DNA from: an uncultured Gemmatimonadales bacterium
Lineage (GTDB): Bacteria; Gemmatimonadota; Gemmatimonadetes; Gemmatimonadales; GWC2-71-9
Reading direction: 5' to 3'
Assembly: GCA_963810185.1 (NCBI GenBank)
Contig: CAWEMJ010000007.1
Location: forward strand, 220,447 to 284,446
DNA: 64,000 bases
Part shown: positions 54,760 through 64,000 of the stretch, in pieces
How the letters are laid out: each line of letters begins with the position of its first letter
Position numbering within the stretch: position 1 is the stretch's first letter
Program-made: the position numbers and the translations under genes
Notes under the pieces: model-generated
What the model was told of the DNA's origin: nothing
Database searches by the model: none
The model's input: the letters and a program-made list of their open reading frames with translations, nothing else

Positions 54760-56031
54760 TCAGGGGCCGGTGCCGCGCGTGAGCGGATACATCCGGACCC
54801 GCTCCTGGCCATGGCGCTGGCGCCAGACCCCAAGCACGTAGTCGGCGCCGATCTCGTCCACCCGCAGCCCCTCCGGCGTGGTCACCGTTCCCAGCCAGGT
54901 GCCATCGGGGGCGAAGACGTTCCACGTCGAGGCCGAAGCAGGCGGGTTCAGTGGCGTCGAGACCCAAAGGGCACCCGTGCGGTCCACCAGCATCCGTCCG
55001 AACGCCGGCTTCTTGGCCGGGAACGGCGCTTTTTCGAGGGTTCGAATCAATCCGCTGTCCAGGGGCGTGTTCAACGTCTTCGCGCCCGTCCTCAGCCGGG
55101 TGATGGCCGCGGCGGTGTAGTCCTTGGACTCCTCCGGGGTCACCGCCTCGCGCGCGATGGACGCCCGAAGCAGCCCGACGGGCGTGCCATTGGGTCCGAT
55201 GGAGGCCACCTCGAAGCTTGCACCCGTGCCGATGAGCATCGTGTCGGCGCGGAGGGCGGCGACGGTCACGAGGCCGAACGGTACGGGAAAGGACGACGGC
55301 GGTCCCTGCGGCCGGACCGGCACGCCCCACGATTCGCCCTGCGGAAACTGTCCGAGCGCCTCGCGCGGGAGGCCGTCGAGACCAAATCGCATGTACGCGG
55401 CGGAGTCCCGGATCACGGTGCCTGGCTTGCCCGGGAACGGGTTGGCGGGCCGCCCCAGGCGGAAGAGCACCGAACCGTCGGGATACGACGCGATCGGCTC
55501 GGCCGCGATCTGCGGATCGGCCGGCGCCAGGGACGCCACCCGGATGAATTGGCCCTTCCCGTCGAACAGCGCGAAGCGGCGGGCGACAAAGTCGTAGGCG
55601 ACCACGGTATCTGCCGGCCCACGACCGATCCAGCCCAGGCCGTGGAATTGACCGGTTTCGGTGCCACGGCCACCCGCGGTCGTCAGCAGCTTTCCGCTGG
55701 CGTCGAAGTACCGGATGGTCTGCTGAGACCCGTCGGCGACCACGATCCGACCGTCCGCCAGGCGGACAACCGGCGCCACTCCCATGAACGCCTGCTCCGG
55801 ATCGCCGAGATCTACGGAAGGTGAATCGGCGACCGTCCACTGCGGCGTCGCGCCCCACGCTGGCGCCGTGTCGTCGACGATCCGAAGCCCAGCTGAATCC
55901 GCGACCAGCGGCCCGGTGTCAGCCTCGGGTACGATCGCCGGCGTGTCACGGCAAGCGACCAGGAGTGCCAACGTGCTGGTGGTCCAAACAACCGAGCGGA
56001 GGAAATGGCGAGAGAGGGGTCGAGACATCAT
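54760..56031 (-). CDS. Beta-propeller (NHL/6-bladed-like) lipoprotein
   Basis: ORF 54760..56136; the likely start is ATG 56031 (MMSRPLSRHFLRSVVWTTSTLALLVAC). Repeated blade-like segments are present (RLADGRIVVADG..., IRYFDASGKLL..., GDPVGVA-like). Confidence 0.7.
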   Translation of the reverse strand: MMSRPLSRHFLRSVVWTTSTLALLVACRDTPAIVPEADTGPLVADSAGLRIVDDTAPAWGATPQWTVADSPSVDLGDPEQAFMGVAPVVRLADGRIVVADGSQQTIRYFDASGKLLTTAGGRGTETGQFHGLGWIGRGPADTVVAYDFVARRFALFDGKGQFIRVASLAPADPQIAAEPIASYPDGSVLFRLGRPANPFPGKPGTVIRDSAAYMRFGLDGLPREALGQFPQGESWGVPVRPQGPPSSFPVPFGLVTVAALRADTMLIGTGASFEVASIGPNGTPVGLLRASIAREAVTPEESKDYTAAAITRLRTGAKTLNTPLDSGLIRTLEKAPFPAKKPAFGRMLVDRTGALWVSTPLNPPASASTWNVFAPDGTWLGTVTTPEGLRVDEIGADYVLGVWRQRHGQERVRMYPLTRGTGP

Positions 56032-56182
56032 GGCTCCAGAGGGCGTGCGGTCATGGGCTTCGGTGAGTGAACAGCGCGGAAATCTAGACGGAGCAGAGAG
56101 ATAAGTCAGGCCCACGTAATGATAGTGACGCATCACCTACCTGATACCGTGGTGACACTTTACGAGAAATGGGGTAGTTGCG

Positions 56183-57415
56183 GTGCTTGTCCGGTCCCGG
56201 CACTATTCGCACATGTCTTCCCACCCTGATGCATCGACCCACCCCGGCAATGCGGAATCATCCGCCGAGATCGAGGTCGTGGCCGATCAGGCCGCCTTCG
56301 ATCGTCTCCTCGAGTCGCTGGCACGCGAACCGCTGCTCGCGGTGGACACCGAGGCCGCCAGCTTCCACCGCTACGAAGACCGGGTGTATCTCCTGCAGAT
56401 CTCCTCGCGGGATCGCACCGCCGTCGTGGATCCGCTGGCCGTGGACAGCCTCGAGCGATTCGCCGCGCTGCTGGCCGACCCGCGGATCGAAGTCATCTTC
56501 CACGACGCCGACTATGACCTGCGCCTCCTCCAGCGCCAGTACGGGATCCGTGCCGCACGTCTCTTCGATACGCGGGTCGCGGCCCAGTTTCTCAACGAAC
56601 CCGGCATTGGCCTCGCGGCCCTGCTGGAGAAGTATTTCGGCGTGACCCTGAACAAGAAGTACCAGCGCGCCGACTGGTCCGCGCGCCCGCTGTCGAGCGA
56701 AATGCTCGCGTACGCGGCCACCGACACCCGGCATCTGCCCGCCCTCCGCGACGAGCTCCGAGGGCAACTCGACGCACGCCAGCGCCTGGCCTGGGTGGAG
56801 GAGGAGTTCGGCTTGTTGGAGGGGGTGGCGTGGGCGCCGGTCGATCCCGGTGAGTCGGCGTATCTCCGACTCAAGGGAGCCAAGGCGCTCAAGGGGCGGG
56901 AATTGGCGCTGCTCCGGGCACTCTACGACTGGCGCGAGGGAACCGCGCGCCGACTCGACCGCGCGTCGTTCCGGATCCTGAACAACGAGCCGCTGTTCGC
57001 CATGGCCACCCAGCCGCCGAGGACCCTGGAGGAACTGCAGCGCGTGCGGGGGGTCGGGCCGGAGACCATCGCACGGCGGGGGTCGGAAATCCTGGACGCC
57101 ATCGAGCAGGCGATGGCCATTCCCGAGCGCGACCTCCCCCGGCTGCCCCGGCCACCGCGCCGCGCGCCCGATCCCGCCGCGGACGCTCGGTTCGAGCGAC
57201 TCAAGGCGGCGCGAAACCTGATCGCCACCCGCCTTGACCTGGCGCCGGGGGTGGCCTGCCCGAATGGAACGCTGGAGGAGATTGCGCGGCAGGCCCCCTC
57301 GAGGCTCGAGGACCTCGAGACGATTCCGGCGCTTCGGCGCTGGCAGCGGATGGAATTCGGGAAGGAACTGCTCGCCGCCGTGCTGGAGCCGCCGCGGCGC
57401 CGGCCAGGAGGGTGA
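56183..57415 (+). CDS. rnd: Ribonuclease D (DEDDy 3'-5' exonuclease plus HRDC)
   Basis: 410 aa (alternative start ATG 56213). LAVDTEAASFHRYEDRVYLLQIS...FHDADYDLRLL...YAATDTRHL, followed by HRDC-like repeats. Confidence 0.85.
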   Translation: MLVRSRHYSHMSSHPDASTHPGNAESSAEIEVVADQAAFDRLLESLAREPLLAVDTEAASFHRYEDRVYLLQISSRDRTAVVDPLAVDSLERFAALLADPRIEVIFHDADYDLRLLQRQYGIRAARLFDTRVAAQFLNEPGIGLAALLEKYFGVTLNKKYQRADWSARPLSSEMLAYAATDTRHLPALRDELRGQLDARQRLAWVEEEFGLLEGVAWAPVDPGESAYLRLKGAKALKGRELALLRALYDWREGTARRLDRASFRILNNEPLFAMATQPPRTLEELQRVRGVGPETIARRGSEILDAIEQAMAIPERDLPRLPRPPRRAPDPAADARFERLKAARNLIATRLDLAPGVACPNGTLEEIARQAPSRLEDLETIPALRRWQRMEFGKELLAAVLEPPRRRPGG

Positions 57416-57418
57416 CGG

Positions 57419-57736
57419 CTAGCCGAGGAAGGCCCGCACCCGCGGGTCCATCCGGTCCGGCGTCCAGTAAGGCTCCCACACCAGCTCCACCTCGACGCTG
57501 TTGACGCCCTCGAGGAGTCCCACCGTCGATTCGACGTCGCCCATGATCTCCGGCCCCGAGGGGCACCCCGGCGAGGTCAGGCTCATCGTAATGTGCACGT
57601 CGCCCGCCTCCGAGACCGTCACATCGTAGATCAGCCCGATATCCACGACATTGAGTCCGAGCTCAGGGTCCTTGACGCCCTTGAGCGCCTTCCGCACCAG
57701 ATCTGCCGTCAGCATGGTCCACCTCCCACCTGACAA
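57419..57736 (-). CDS. DUF59/MIP18-family Fe-S cluster assembly factor (SufT-like)
   Basis: 105 aa. VKDPELGLNVVDIGLIYDV...ITMSLTSPGCPSGPEI...VELVWEPYWTPDRM. Confidence 0.85.
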   Translation of the reverse strand: MSGGRWTMLTADLVRKALKGVKDPELGLNVVDIGLIYDVTVSEAGDVHITMSLTSPGCPSGPEIMGDVESTVGLLEGVNSVEVELVWEPYWTPDRMDPRVRAFLG

Positions 57737-57805
57737 ACTATCGCCCGCGACCTCCGCGCGTCAACGCACACCGTACGCGGCACTCGTGGTCGCATGTCGG
57801 CCGCG

Positions 57806-58543
57806 CTACCGCGGCGGAGGCGCCCGGAGCGAACCGGGCGGCAGGGCGTAGAGCAATCGGGCCGTGGCCCGGTCCCGGGCAGAGGGCACCGTCACGCGCG
57901 TCACCGGGTACATCACGTCGGTGGCCTCGGCTGAGTGGGGCAACCCGAAGGCGTGTCCGAGCTCATGGACGGCCGCACCGAGCAACGCCTCGTCGGTGAA
58001 CAGCGAGTCACCCGCGTTCCGGGTGGCGAGCCAGACGTAGGCGTGGACCACCGGCCCGGCGTTGGACCAGCGGAGGTCGGTGACGCCAGCCTGGTTGCCG
58101 TTGCCGAAGTTGTCGCGCCAGCGAACGACGATATCCGCGTCGGCGCTGTCGCCGGTGAACGAAAACCAGAGCCCGATGTCGGCGGCCTGCCATCGGGAGG
58201 CCGCCTCGCGGACGAAATCGGCCATCCGCACGCCATAGTCGGGCGACCCGCCCTCGAGAATGGCGATGCGATACGGCCGGCCGCCGCGATCGGACCACCG
58301 GCGAACCAGGGAATCGGTGCTCGTGAGCATGGAATCGAGGTAGGTTTGTCCTGCATCACGCGCCAGTAACGCCTGCGCTGCGAGCCGCGCGCTGTCCGGG
58401 ACCGCCGAGGCGGCCGAGTCGAGGTCCGCAGCGCGTGCCCCGGCGGCGACTGGGCGGGCACGCCCCGCCTGCGCGCGACGCCAGGTGCCGACGAGGAGCA
58501 GGAGGACCAGCGCCACCAGAACCAGGGTCAGGAATCGTTGCAT
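57806..58543 (-). CDS. Matrixin-like (M10-type metzincin) zinc metalloprotease with signal anchor
   Basis: 245 aa with an N-terminal TM helix (FLTLVLVALVLLLLV) and HELGHAFGLPHS followed by DVMYP (Met-turn). Confidence 0.75.
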   Translation of the reverse strand: MQRFLTLVLVALVLLLLVGTWRRAQAGRARPVAAGARAADLDSAASAVPDSARLAAQALLARDAGQTYLDSMLTSTDSLVRRWSDRGGRPYRIAILEGGSPDYGVRMADFVREAASRWQAADIGLWFSFTGDSADADIVVRWRDNFGNGNQAGVTDLRWSNAGPVVHAYVWLATRNAGDSLFTDEALLGAAVHELGHAFGLPHSAEATDVMYPVTRVTVPSARDRATARLLYALPPGSLRAPPPR

Positions 58544-58672
58544 CAGACCGGAAATATGGGCCGGAGTGCGAAAAAGCCGCTACATCGGGTGGCGGCGCAG
58601 GCAGGGCCCCCCTAACATTGGCTGGGTCGGGCCCGTCTCTCACCTCCCCGTTGCCGAGGAGAAGCACTCGCT

Positions 58673-60934
58673 GTGATCATGAGGTTGTTCGCGCGGGCCG
58701 TCGTGAAGTATCGGTGGGCGGTCATCGGACTCTGGGTGATCATCGGAACACTCGCGGTCATTCAGGCGCAACACACGCCCGAGCGCCTCGACCTCCGGGG
58801 CGGCAGTACGCGCGAGACCGAAGCGGTGCTGGCCGACCGACTCCTGCAGAGCCGGTTCAGTCGTTCCGTCGGTGAGTTCTTCGCCATCACCCTCGAGGCG
58901 CCGAGTCCGATCGACCGACCCGGTCCGGCGGCGGTGCTCGATTCCCTGATCGCGGTGCTGCGCCGCGAGCCCTACATCCGCTCGATCCTCTCGTTCCCCA
59001 CGCTCGGCGATTCCCTCTTCCTCAGCGACGATGGCCGCACCACCCTCATCGTCGCCGCCTTGACGGTGCCAGGCGCGGAGGCCGGCGAATACGTACTGCC
59101 GGCGCGCAAGGCGATCCACCGCGCGCTCTCGGCCTTCCCGGACGCCGGGGACTACCGGGTGATCGTGACCGGACGCGCCGCCCTGGACCTCGACATCCGC
59201 GCCGTGAGCGCGGACGACAGTCGCCGGAGCGAGCTGCGCGTCCTCCCGCTGACCCTGATGGTGCTGGTCCTCGCCTTCGGCGCGCTCGTTGCGGCGCTGC
59301 TTCCCGTGGCGGTCGGGATCCTGGCCATCTTCGTCGCGCTCGCCCTCATCGGGATGATCGCGCTCTATACGCCGATGTCCGTCTTCGTCCTCAATCTCAC
59401 GACGATGATCGGCCTCGGCGTGGGGATCGACTACTCACTCCTCATCGTGACCCGGTTCCGCGAGGAACTGAAGCGCGGCCTCCGGCGGCATGAGGCGGCG
59501 CGCCGGACCCTCGCCACCGCCGGCTCCGCCGTCATGACCTCCGGGCTGACCGTGCTGGTCGGGTTTGCCGCCCTCCTGATCCCGCCGATGGTGGAAACGC
59601 GGAGCATCGGCTTGAGCGGACTGGTGGTCGTGGCGGTGGCGGTACTGCTCTCCACCACGCTGCTGCCGGCGCTGCTGGCCATTCTCGGCCGGGCCATCGA
59701 CACGCCGCGGTGGCTGGCCAAGCGGCTCACCTGGTACCACGCGCCGACCATCTGGGAACGGTGGGCCCGCTCGCTGAGCCGGCACCCGTACCGCGCGCTC
59801 ACGCTCGGCGGGCTGGGGATCGCGCTGCTGACCGCTCCCGTCTTCCTGCTCAAGATCGGCCTCCCCTCGCGCCACTGGTGGCCGAGCGCCACGGAAGCCG
59901 GCCGGGGAGCGGAAACCCTCGCGGCCATGGGCGCCTCGGGGGTGATGCTGCCGATCCGCGTGCTGGTCGAAGTGCCGGAGGGTGAAACGATCACCACCGC
60001 GACCCGCCTCCGCGGACTCCGCAACCTGACCGACTCGCTGGCGGCGGATCCCAGGGTCGGCCGGGTGACCAGCCTGACGACAGCCCGCAAGGGGGCGTCG
60101 CTTCTCGAATACTCGGTGCTCTACAGCGACCTCCCCGCCGCGCGCGCCGAGATGGGGGACTTCCTCGATGCTTACCTCGGCACCGACCAGCGGATCGCGC
60201 TGGTGGACGTCTTCCCCGCCGACACGACGAGCCTGACCACCTCGATGGATCTGGTGCGCGACATCCGCACGATCGGGCAGGAGCCGATCCGCGGGCTCAA
60301 GGGCACCACGATCATCGTCGGCGGGTACACGGCGGCGGCGACCGACTTTCAGGACGACCTGTTGCACGTCTTCCCGCTGCTCATCGCCGTGGTCCTCGGC
60401 GTGACGGCCCTCATGCTGGCCATCGCGTTCCGCTCCGTGCTGGTGCCGATCAAGGCGATCGTGATGAACAGCCTGTCCGTCAGCGCCACCTTCGGGCTGA
60501 GCGTCCTCGTCTTCCAATACGGGTGGGGGGCGGGACTTCTCGGACTGGACGGTCCGACCTCGGCGATCTACGTGGTCGTCCCGGTGATGGTGTTCGCCAT
60601 CGTGTTCGGGCTCAGCATGGACTACGAGGTCTTCCTGTTGAGCCGGATCAAGGAGGCGTACGACCGCACGGGCAAGAACGACGAAGCGACGATGGAGGGT
60701 CTCTCGGCCACGGCCTCGGTCATCACCTCCGCCGCCCTCATCATGATCCTGGTGTTCGGCGCCTTCGCCTTTGCGCGGGTGCTGATGGTGCAGTTCCTCG
60801 GCTTCGGCCTCGCCGTGGCGGTGCTGCTCGACGCCACGCTCATCCGGATGGTGCTGGTGCCCGCCTTCATGCACCTGGCTGGGCGCTGGAACTGGTGGCC
60901 GGGAGTGAGGAAGGGACTGAAGGCCGAAGACTGA
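58673..60934 (+). CDS. MMPL-family (RND superfamily) transporter
   Basis: 753 aa with two 6-TM bundles separated by large periplasmic loops. GVGIDYSLLIVTRFREE and GLSMDYEVFLLSRIKEA are duplicated MMPL motifs. Confidence 0.85.
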   Translation: MIMRLFARAVVKYRWAVIGLWVIIGTLAVIQAQHTPERLDLRGGSTRETEAVLADRLLQSRFSRSVGEFFAITLEAPSPIDRPGPAAVLDSLIAVLRREPYIRSILSFPTLGDSLFLSDDGRTTLIVAALTVPGAEAGEYVLPARKAIHRALSAFPDAGDYRVIVTGRAALDLDIRAVSADDSRRSELRVLPLTLMVLVLAFGALVAALLPVAVGILAIFVALALIGMIALYTPMSVFVLNLTTMIGLGVGIDYSLLIVTRFREELKRGLRRHEAARRTLATAGSAVMTSGLTVLVGFAALLIPPMVETRSIGLSGLVVVAVAVLLSTTLLPALLAILGRAIDTPRWLAKRLTWYHAPTIWERWARSLSRHPYRALTLGGLGIALLTAPVFLLKIGLPSRHWWPSATEAGRGAETLAAMGASGVMLPIRVLVEVPEGETITTATRLRGLRNLTDSLAADPRVGRVTSLTTARKGASLLEYSVLYSDLPAARAEMGDFLDAYLGTDQRIALVDVFPADTTSLTTSMDLVRDIRTIGQEPIRGLKGTTIIVGGYTAAATDFQDDLLHVFPLLIAVVLGVTALMLAIAFRSVLVPIKAIVMNSLSVSATFGLSVLVFQYGWGAGLLGLDGPTSAIYVVVPVMVFAIVFGLSMDYEVFLLSRIKEAYDRTGKNDEATMEGLSATASVITSAALIMILVFGAFAFARVLMVQFLGFGLAVAVLLDATLIRMVLVPAFMHLAGRWNWWPGVRKGLKAED

Positions 60935-60952
60935 AGACGGAGGGCTTCGACG

Positions 60953-63790
60953 CTAGCGCTTGGCCTCCAGCCAATTTTTCCCCACTCCGACATCCACCAC
61001 CAGCGGCACGTTTAGCGTCGCCGCGCCCTCCATCAACGTCTTGACCAGCGGCCGCACCCGCTCCACCTCATCCTCTGGCGCCTCGAAGACCAGCTCATCG
61101 TGCACCTGCAGGAGCATCCGGGTGCGGAAGCCCTCGCGGCGGAGTGCGTCGTGGATACGCCGCATGGCCACCTTGATCAGGTCGGCGGCCGACCCCTGGA
61201 GGGGGGTGTTCTGCGCGGTCCGTTCCGCGAACGCCCGCACGTTGAAGTTCTTGTCGCGGATGTCGGTGATGTAGCGCCGGCGGCCGAGAAAAGTCTCGAC
61301 GTACCCCTGCTCCCGCGCGACTTCCACCTGCCGGTCGAGGAAGGCACGTACCCCGGCGAACCGCTCGAAGTACTGCGCGATGAACGCCTTCGCCTCCTCC
61401 TGCGAAATGCCGAGCTGCTTGGAGAGGGCAAAGGGGCCCTGGCCGTAGATGGTGCCGAAGTTGATCGTCTTGGCGCGGGCGCGCATCTCGGAGGTCACCT
61501 CGGCGAGCGGCACGCCGAAGATGATGGCCGCCGTCTGCCGGTGGATGTCGTCCCCCTGACGGAACGCCGTGGTGAAGGCGGGGTCACCGGAGAGGTGCGC
61601 CATCAGGCGGAGCTCGATCTGCGAATAGTCCGCGGCCACGAAGAGGCAGCCGGGACCGGGGATGAAGCCGGCGCGGATCTCCTCGCCCCGGGGGGTTCGG
61701 ACCGGAATGTTCTGCAGGTTCGGGTCCGACGAGCTCAGGCGACCGGTAGCCGCGCCGGTCTGGTTGAAGCTGGTGTGGATCCGCCCGGTGGTGGCGTTGA
61801 CGCGGGCCGGAAGAACCTCGACGTAGGTGGAGCGGAGCTTCTGCAACTCCCGGTACTCCAGGATCAGTCGCGGGATCTCGTGCCCCATGGCTGCCAATTG
61901 CTCGAGCACGTCCGCGTCGGTGGAGGGACCGGTGCGCGTCTTCTTCAAGATCGGCATCTGGTGCTGTTCGTAGAGCACCTGCCCGAGCTGCTTCGGCGAG
62001 TTGAGGTTGAAGGTGGTGCCCGCCGCCGCCTGGATTTCAGCCTCGAGCCGAGCCAGCTCGACGGCCATGTCGCGCGAGAGCCGCTCGAAGAGCGGCCGGT
62101 CGATGCCGATCCCCGCCCATTCCATGTCCACCAGCACCTCGACCAGCGGCATCTCCAAGTCGTCGAACAGCGGCGCGAGCGCCATCTCCCGGAGCTGCGG
62201 GGCGAAGATGTCGTGCAGCGCCAGCACGGTGGCGCTGTCGGCGCCGCAGTACGCCGCGGCCTCCGCCACCGGCACCTCGGCAAAGGGAATCTGGGCCGCT
62301 CCCTTGCCGGTAAGGTCGGTGTAGCTCCGCATCCCCCGGCCGAGGTGCTCGAGGCTGAGCGCGTCGATGGCGTGGGAGCGCCGGCCCGGATCGAGGACGA
62401 AGCTGGCGAGCATGGAGTCGTAGGCGACGCCGCCGAGCTCGACCCCCGCCCGCCGCAGCACCTGCCAGTCGTACTTGATGTTCTGCCCGGCCTTCCGCAC
62501 CGTGGCATCGCGCAGCAGGTCGGCAACCGGCTGGCAGGCGGGGTCGGTGATCGGGGGCAGGTTCTTCACCGGGGCCGGCGCGGCGAGCTCGCCGCCACGC
62601 GGGCGGTGCCCGAAGGGGAGATACCAGACCTCGGTGGCGCTCGCGGCCAGCGACAACCCGATCAGGTCCGCATCGTGCGGCTCGAGCGAACTGGTCTCGG
62701 TGTCGAGCGCCACGAGCGGGGCCCTTCGCAGTCGCGACGCCAACGCGACGAGGGCACCGACGTCATCCACGATGGTGACGCGAAGATCATCTGCGGTGCC
62801 CTCGGCAGGGCCGCGGGGCTGCGGGGCAGTGGATATCTCCGCTGCGACCGCCCCGCCGCCCCCCTGCCCAGCTGTCCCGCCCAGTCCCAGTCTCCGCGCC
62901 AGCCCGTAGAACTCGAGCTCCGCCAGCACCCGGGCGAGCGCCTCGCGGTCCGGCTCCTGCCGCGCCATCCGCGCCGGATCGAACAGGATGGGCACGTCCT
63001 TCTGAATCGTCACCAGCTCGCGCGACAACCGGGCCAGTTCCGCGTGCTCCAGGAGCGCCTCGCGGGCGCGTTTCCCCGGAACGTCCGCCGCATGCGCGAG
63101 GATCGCATCCAGGTCTCCGTATTCCTCCAGCAGCTTGCGGGCGCCCTTGTCTCCGATGCCCTTCACGCCGGGGACGTTGTCGGAGCTGTCGCCGACGATA
63201 GCCAGATAATCGGTGACCTGCCGCGGCGGCACACCCAGTCGATCGGCGGCGTTGGACTCGTCGACGTAGGTCTCCTCCACCGCACCGGGCCCACCCCGGC
63301 CCGGGTTGAGGAGCGCCACGCGCGGCCCGATCAGCTGGTAGAAGTCCTTGTCGCCCGAGACGATCACCACCTGGATGTCGCGTGCGGCGGCCTGGACGGC
63401 GAGGGTGCCGATCACGTCGTCGGCCTCGTAGCCCTGCACCGCCACCAGCGGGACGCGCCACGCGGCCAGGAGCTCGGTGACCCGCTCGACCGCGGTGTCG
63501 AAATCGGCCTGGAGCTCCTCATCGAGCTTTTCGCGGGTGGACTTGTAGTCGGGATACTTGCTGGTGCGGAAGGAGTCGCCGGCGTCATGGACCCAGGCCA
63601 CGTAGTCCGGACGGTGGGTGTCGAGCATCCGGGCCAAAAAGTTGGCCACGCCCCACGCTGCCGAGGTGTTTTCGCCCTTGGCGGTGCGGAGCGGCCGGGT
63701 GATCATCGCGAAGAAGGCGCGATACACGAGGGCGAAGCCGTCCACCAGGAACAGCCGGGCTGGGCCCCCGCCGGGCGGCACCCCCGTCAC
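60953..63790 (-). CDS. polA: DNA polymerase I
   Basis: 945 aa with a 5'-nuclease domain (LFLVDGFALVYRAFFA), a 3'-5' exonuclease domain (LDTETSSLEP) and polymerase motifs A, B and C (DYSQIELRLMAH, RRxAKTINFGxxYG, QVHDELVFE). Confidence 0.97.
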   Translation of the reverse strand: MTGVPPGGGPARLFLVDGFALVYRAFFAMITRPLRTAKGENTSAAWGVANFLARMLDTHRPDYVAWVHDAGDSFRTSKYPDYKSTREKLDEELQADFDTAVERVTELLAAWRVPLVAVQGYEADDVIGTLAVQAAARDIQVVIVSGDKDFYQLIGPRVALLNPGRGGPGAVEETYVDESNAADRLGVPPRQVTDYLAIVGDSSDNVPGVKGIGDKGARKLLEEYGDLDAILAHAADVPGKRAREALLEHAELARLSRELVTIQKDVPILFDPARMARQEPDREALARVLAELEFYGLARRLGLGGTAGQGGGGAVAAEISTAPQPRGPAEGTADDLRVTIVDDVGALVALASRLRRAPLVALDTETSSLEPHDADLIGLSLAASATEVWYLPFGHRPRGGELAAPAPVKNLPPITDPACQPVADLLRDATVRKAGQNIKYDWQVLRRAGVELGGVAYDSMLASFVLDPGRRSHAIDALSLEHLGRGMRSYTDLTGKGAAQIPFAEVPVAEAAAYCGADSATVLALHDIFAPQLREMALAPLFDDLEMPLVEVLVDMEWAGIGIDRPLFERLSRDMAVELARLEAEIQAAAGTTFNLNSPKQLGQVLYEQHQMPILKKTRTGPSTDADVLEQLAAMGHEIPRLILEYRELQKLRSTYVEVLPARVNATTGRIHTSFNQTGAATGRLSSSDPNLQNIPVRTPRGEEIRAGFIPGPGCLFVAADYSQIELRLMAHLSGDPAFTTAFRQGDDIHRQTAAIIFGVPLAEVTSEMRARAKTINFGTIYGQGPFALSKQLGISQEEAKAFIAQYFERFAGVRAFLDRQVEVAREQGYVETFLGRRRYITDIRDKNFNVRAFAERTAQNTPLQGSAADLIKVAMRRIHDALRREGFRTRMLLQVHDELVFEAPEDEVERVRPLVKTLMEGAATLNVPLVVDVGVGKNWLEAKR

Positions 63791-64000
63791 GACTCTCCCC
63801 GGCGCACGCGGGAGAGCACGCGCTCATAGGCCGTGCGCGAGTCGGAGGTCAGTCGAAAGCGCGACACGCTGGATTGGTCCTCGAACACGACCTCCAGCCG
63901 AAGCGCCGTGTAGGTCCACCGGATGATGCGGCCCTGCGCCGTCGAGCTGCCGTTGTAGATCTCTTCCGGCTCGCCGAGCGTGATGAACACCATCCCGCGG
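63787..64000 (-). CDS. GWxTD-domain protein, C-terminal end (gene continues beyond the right edge)
   Basis: The frame is open to the window edge. The C-terminus ...FITLGEPEEIYNGSSTAQGRIIRWTYTALRLEVVFEDQS...RFRLT resembles the end of GWxTD proteins (from memory). 4-nt overlap with the polA start. Confidence 0.55.
   Translation of the reverse strand, partial: RGMVFITLGEPEEIYNGSSTAQGRIIRWTYTALRLEVVFEDQSSVSRFRLTSDSRTAYERVLSRVRRGES

Overview
GC-rich (roughly two-thirds G+C by eye) bacterial chromosomal window. It is densely coding, mostly core or housekeeping genes, and probably origin-proximal (mnmG, two parS sites, parA, parB, polA). Gene content (GWxTD protein, DUF481 outer-membrane protein, bactofilin, a porin inside the kdp locus, bacilliredoxin) suggests a Gemmatimonadota/FCB-like lineage; this is inference only. 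Order of blocks: kdpD(partial)-porin-kdpC-kdpB-kdpA-kdpF (minus strand); a multi-GAF protein; copZ-copA-csoR; a five-gene minus-strand operon (DUF481 OMP, class-V PLP enzyme, LOG, deoxyhypusine-synthase-like, MFS); queG; an APC permease; a VOC protein; a metzincin lipoprotein; plsC; DUF302; PEBP; GMC oxidoreductase; arginase; DinB; then a long co-directional chain parA-parB-M23 peptidase-bactofilin-BMP substrate-binding protein-NIF3-ABC ATPase-two permeases; mnmG; a 430-nt structured non-coding region; an ABC-2 exporter; ferredoxin; sufR-sufB-sufC-sufD-sufS-sufU-bacilliredoxin-unknown; def; a patatin/Omp85 (PlpD-like) protein; fdxA; a thioesterase/hydrolase fusion; a beta-propeller lipoprotein; rnd; a DUF59 protein; a matrixin-like protease; an MMPL transporter; polA; and a GWxTD protein (partial). 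I recognised no rRNA, tRNA, CRISPR array, transposase, integrase or obvious defence island. The many very long antisense ORFs in the track are GC-rich shadow frames. The best candidates for new biology are: (1) the 430-nt highly structured, repeat-containing non-coding region upstream of mnmG (39920-40349); (2) the DUF481/PLP/LOG/DHS-like/MFS operon; (3) the arginase ORF, whose conserved stop is displaced by one nucleotide so that it reads 254 extra codons into the next gene; (4) the parS/parAB-M23-bactofilin arrangement without rsmG; (5) bacilliredoxin plus an unknown GTGA-coupled gene at the tail of the suf operon; (6) the regulatory architecture of the cop and sufR/def intergenic regions. 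None of this can be confirmed without database searches, which I could not run.
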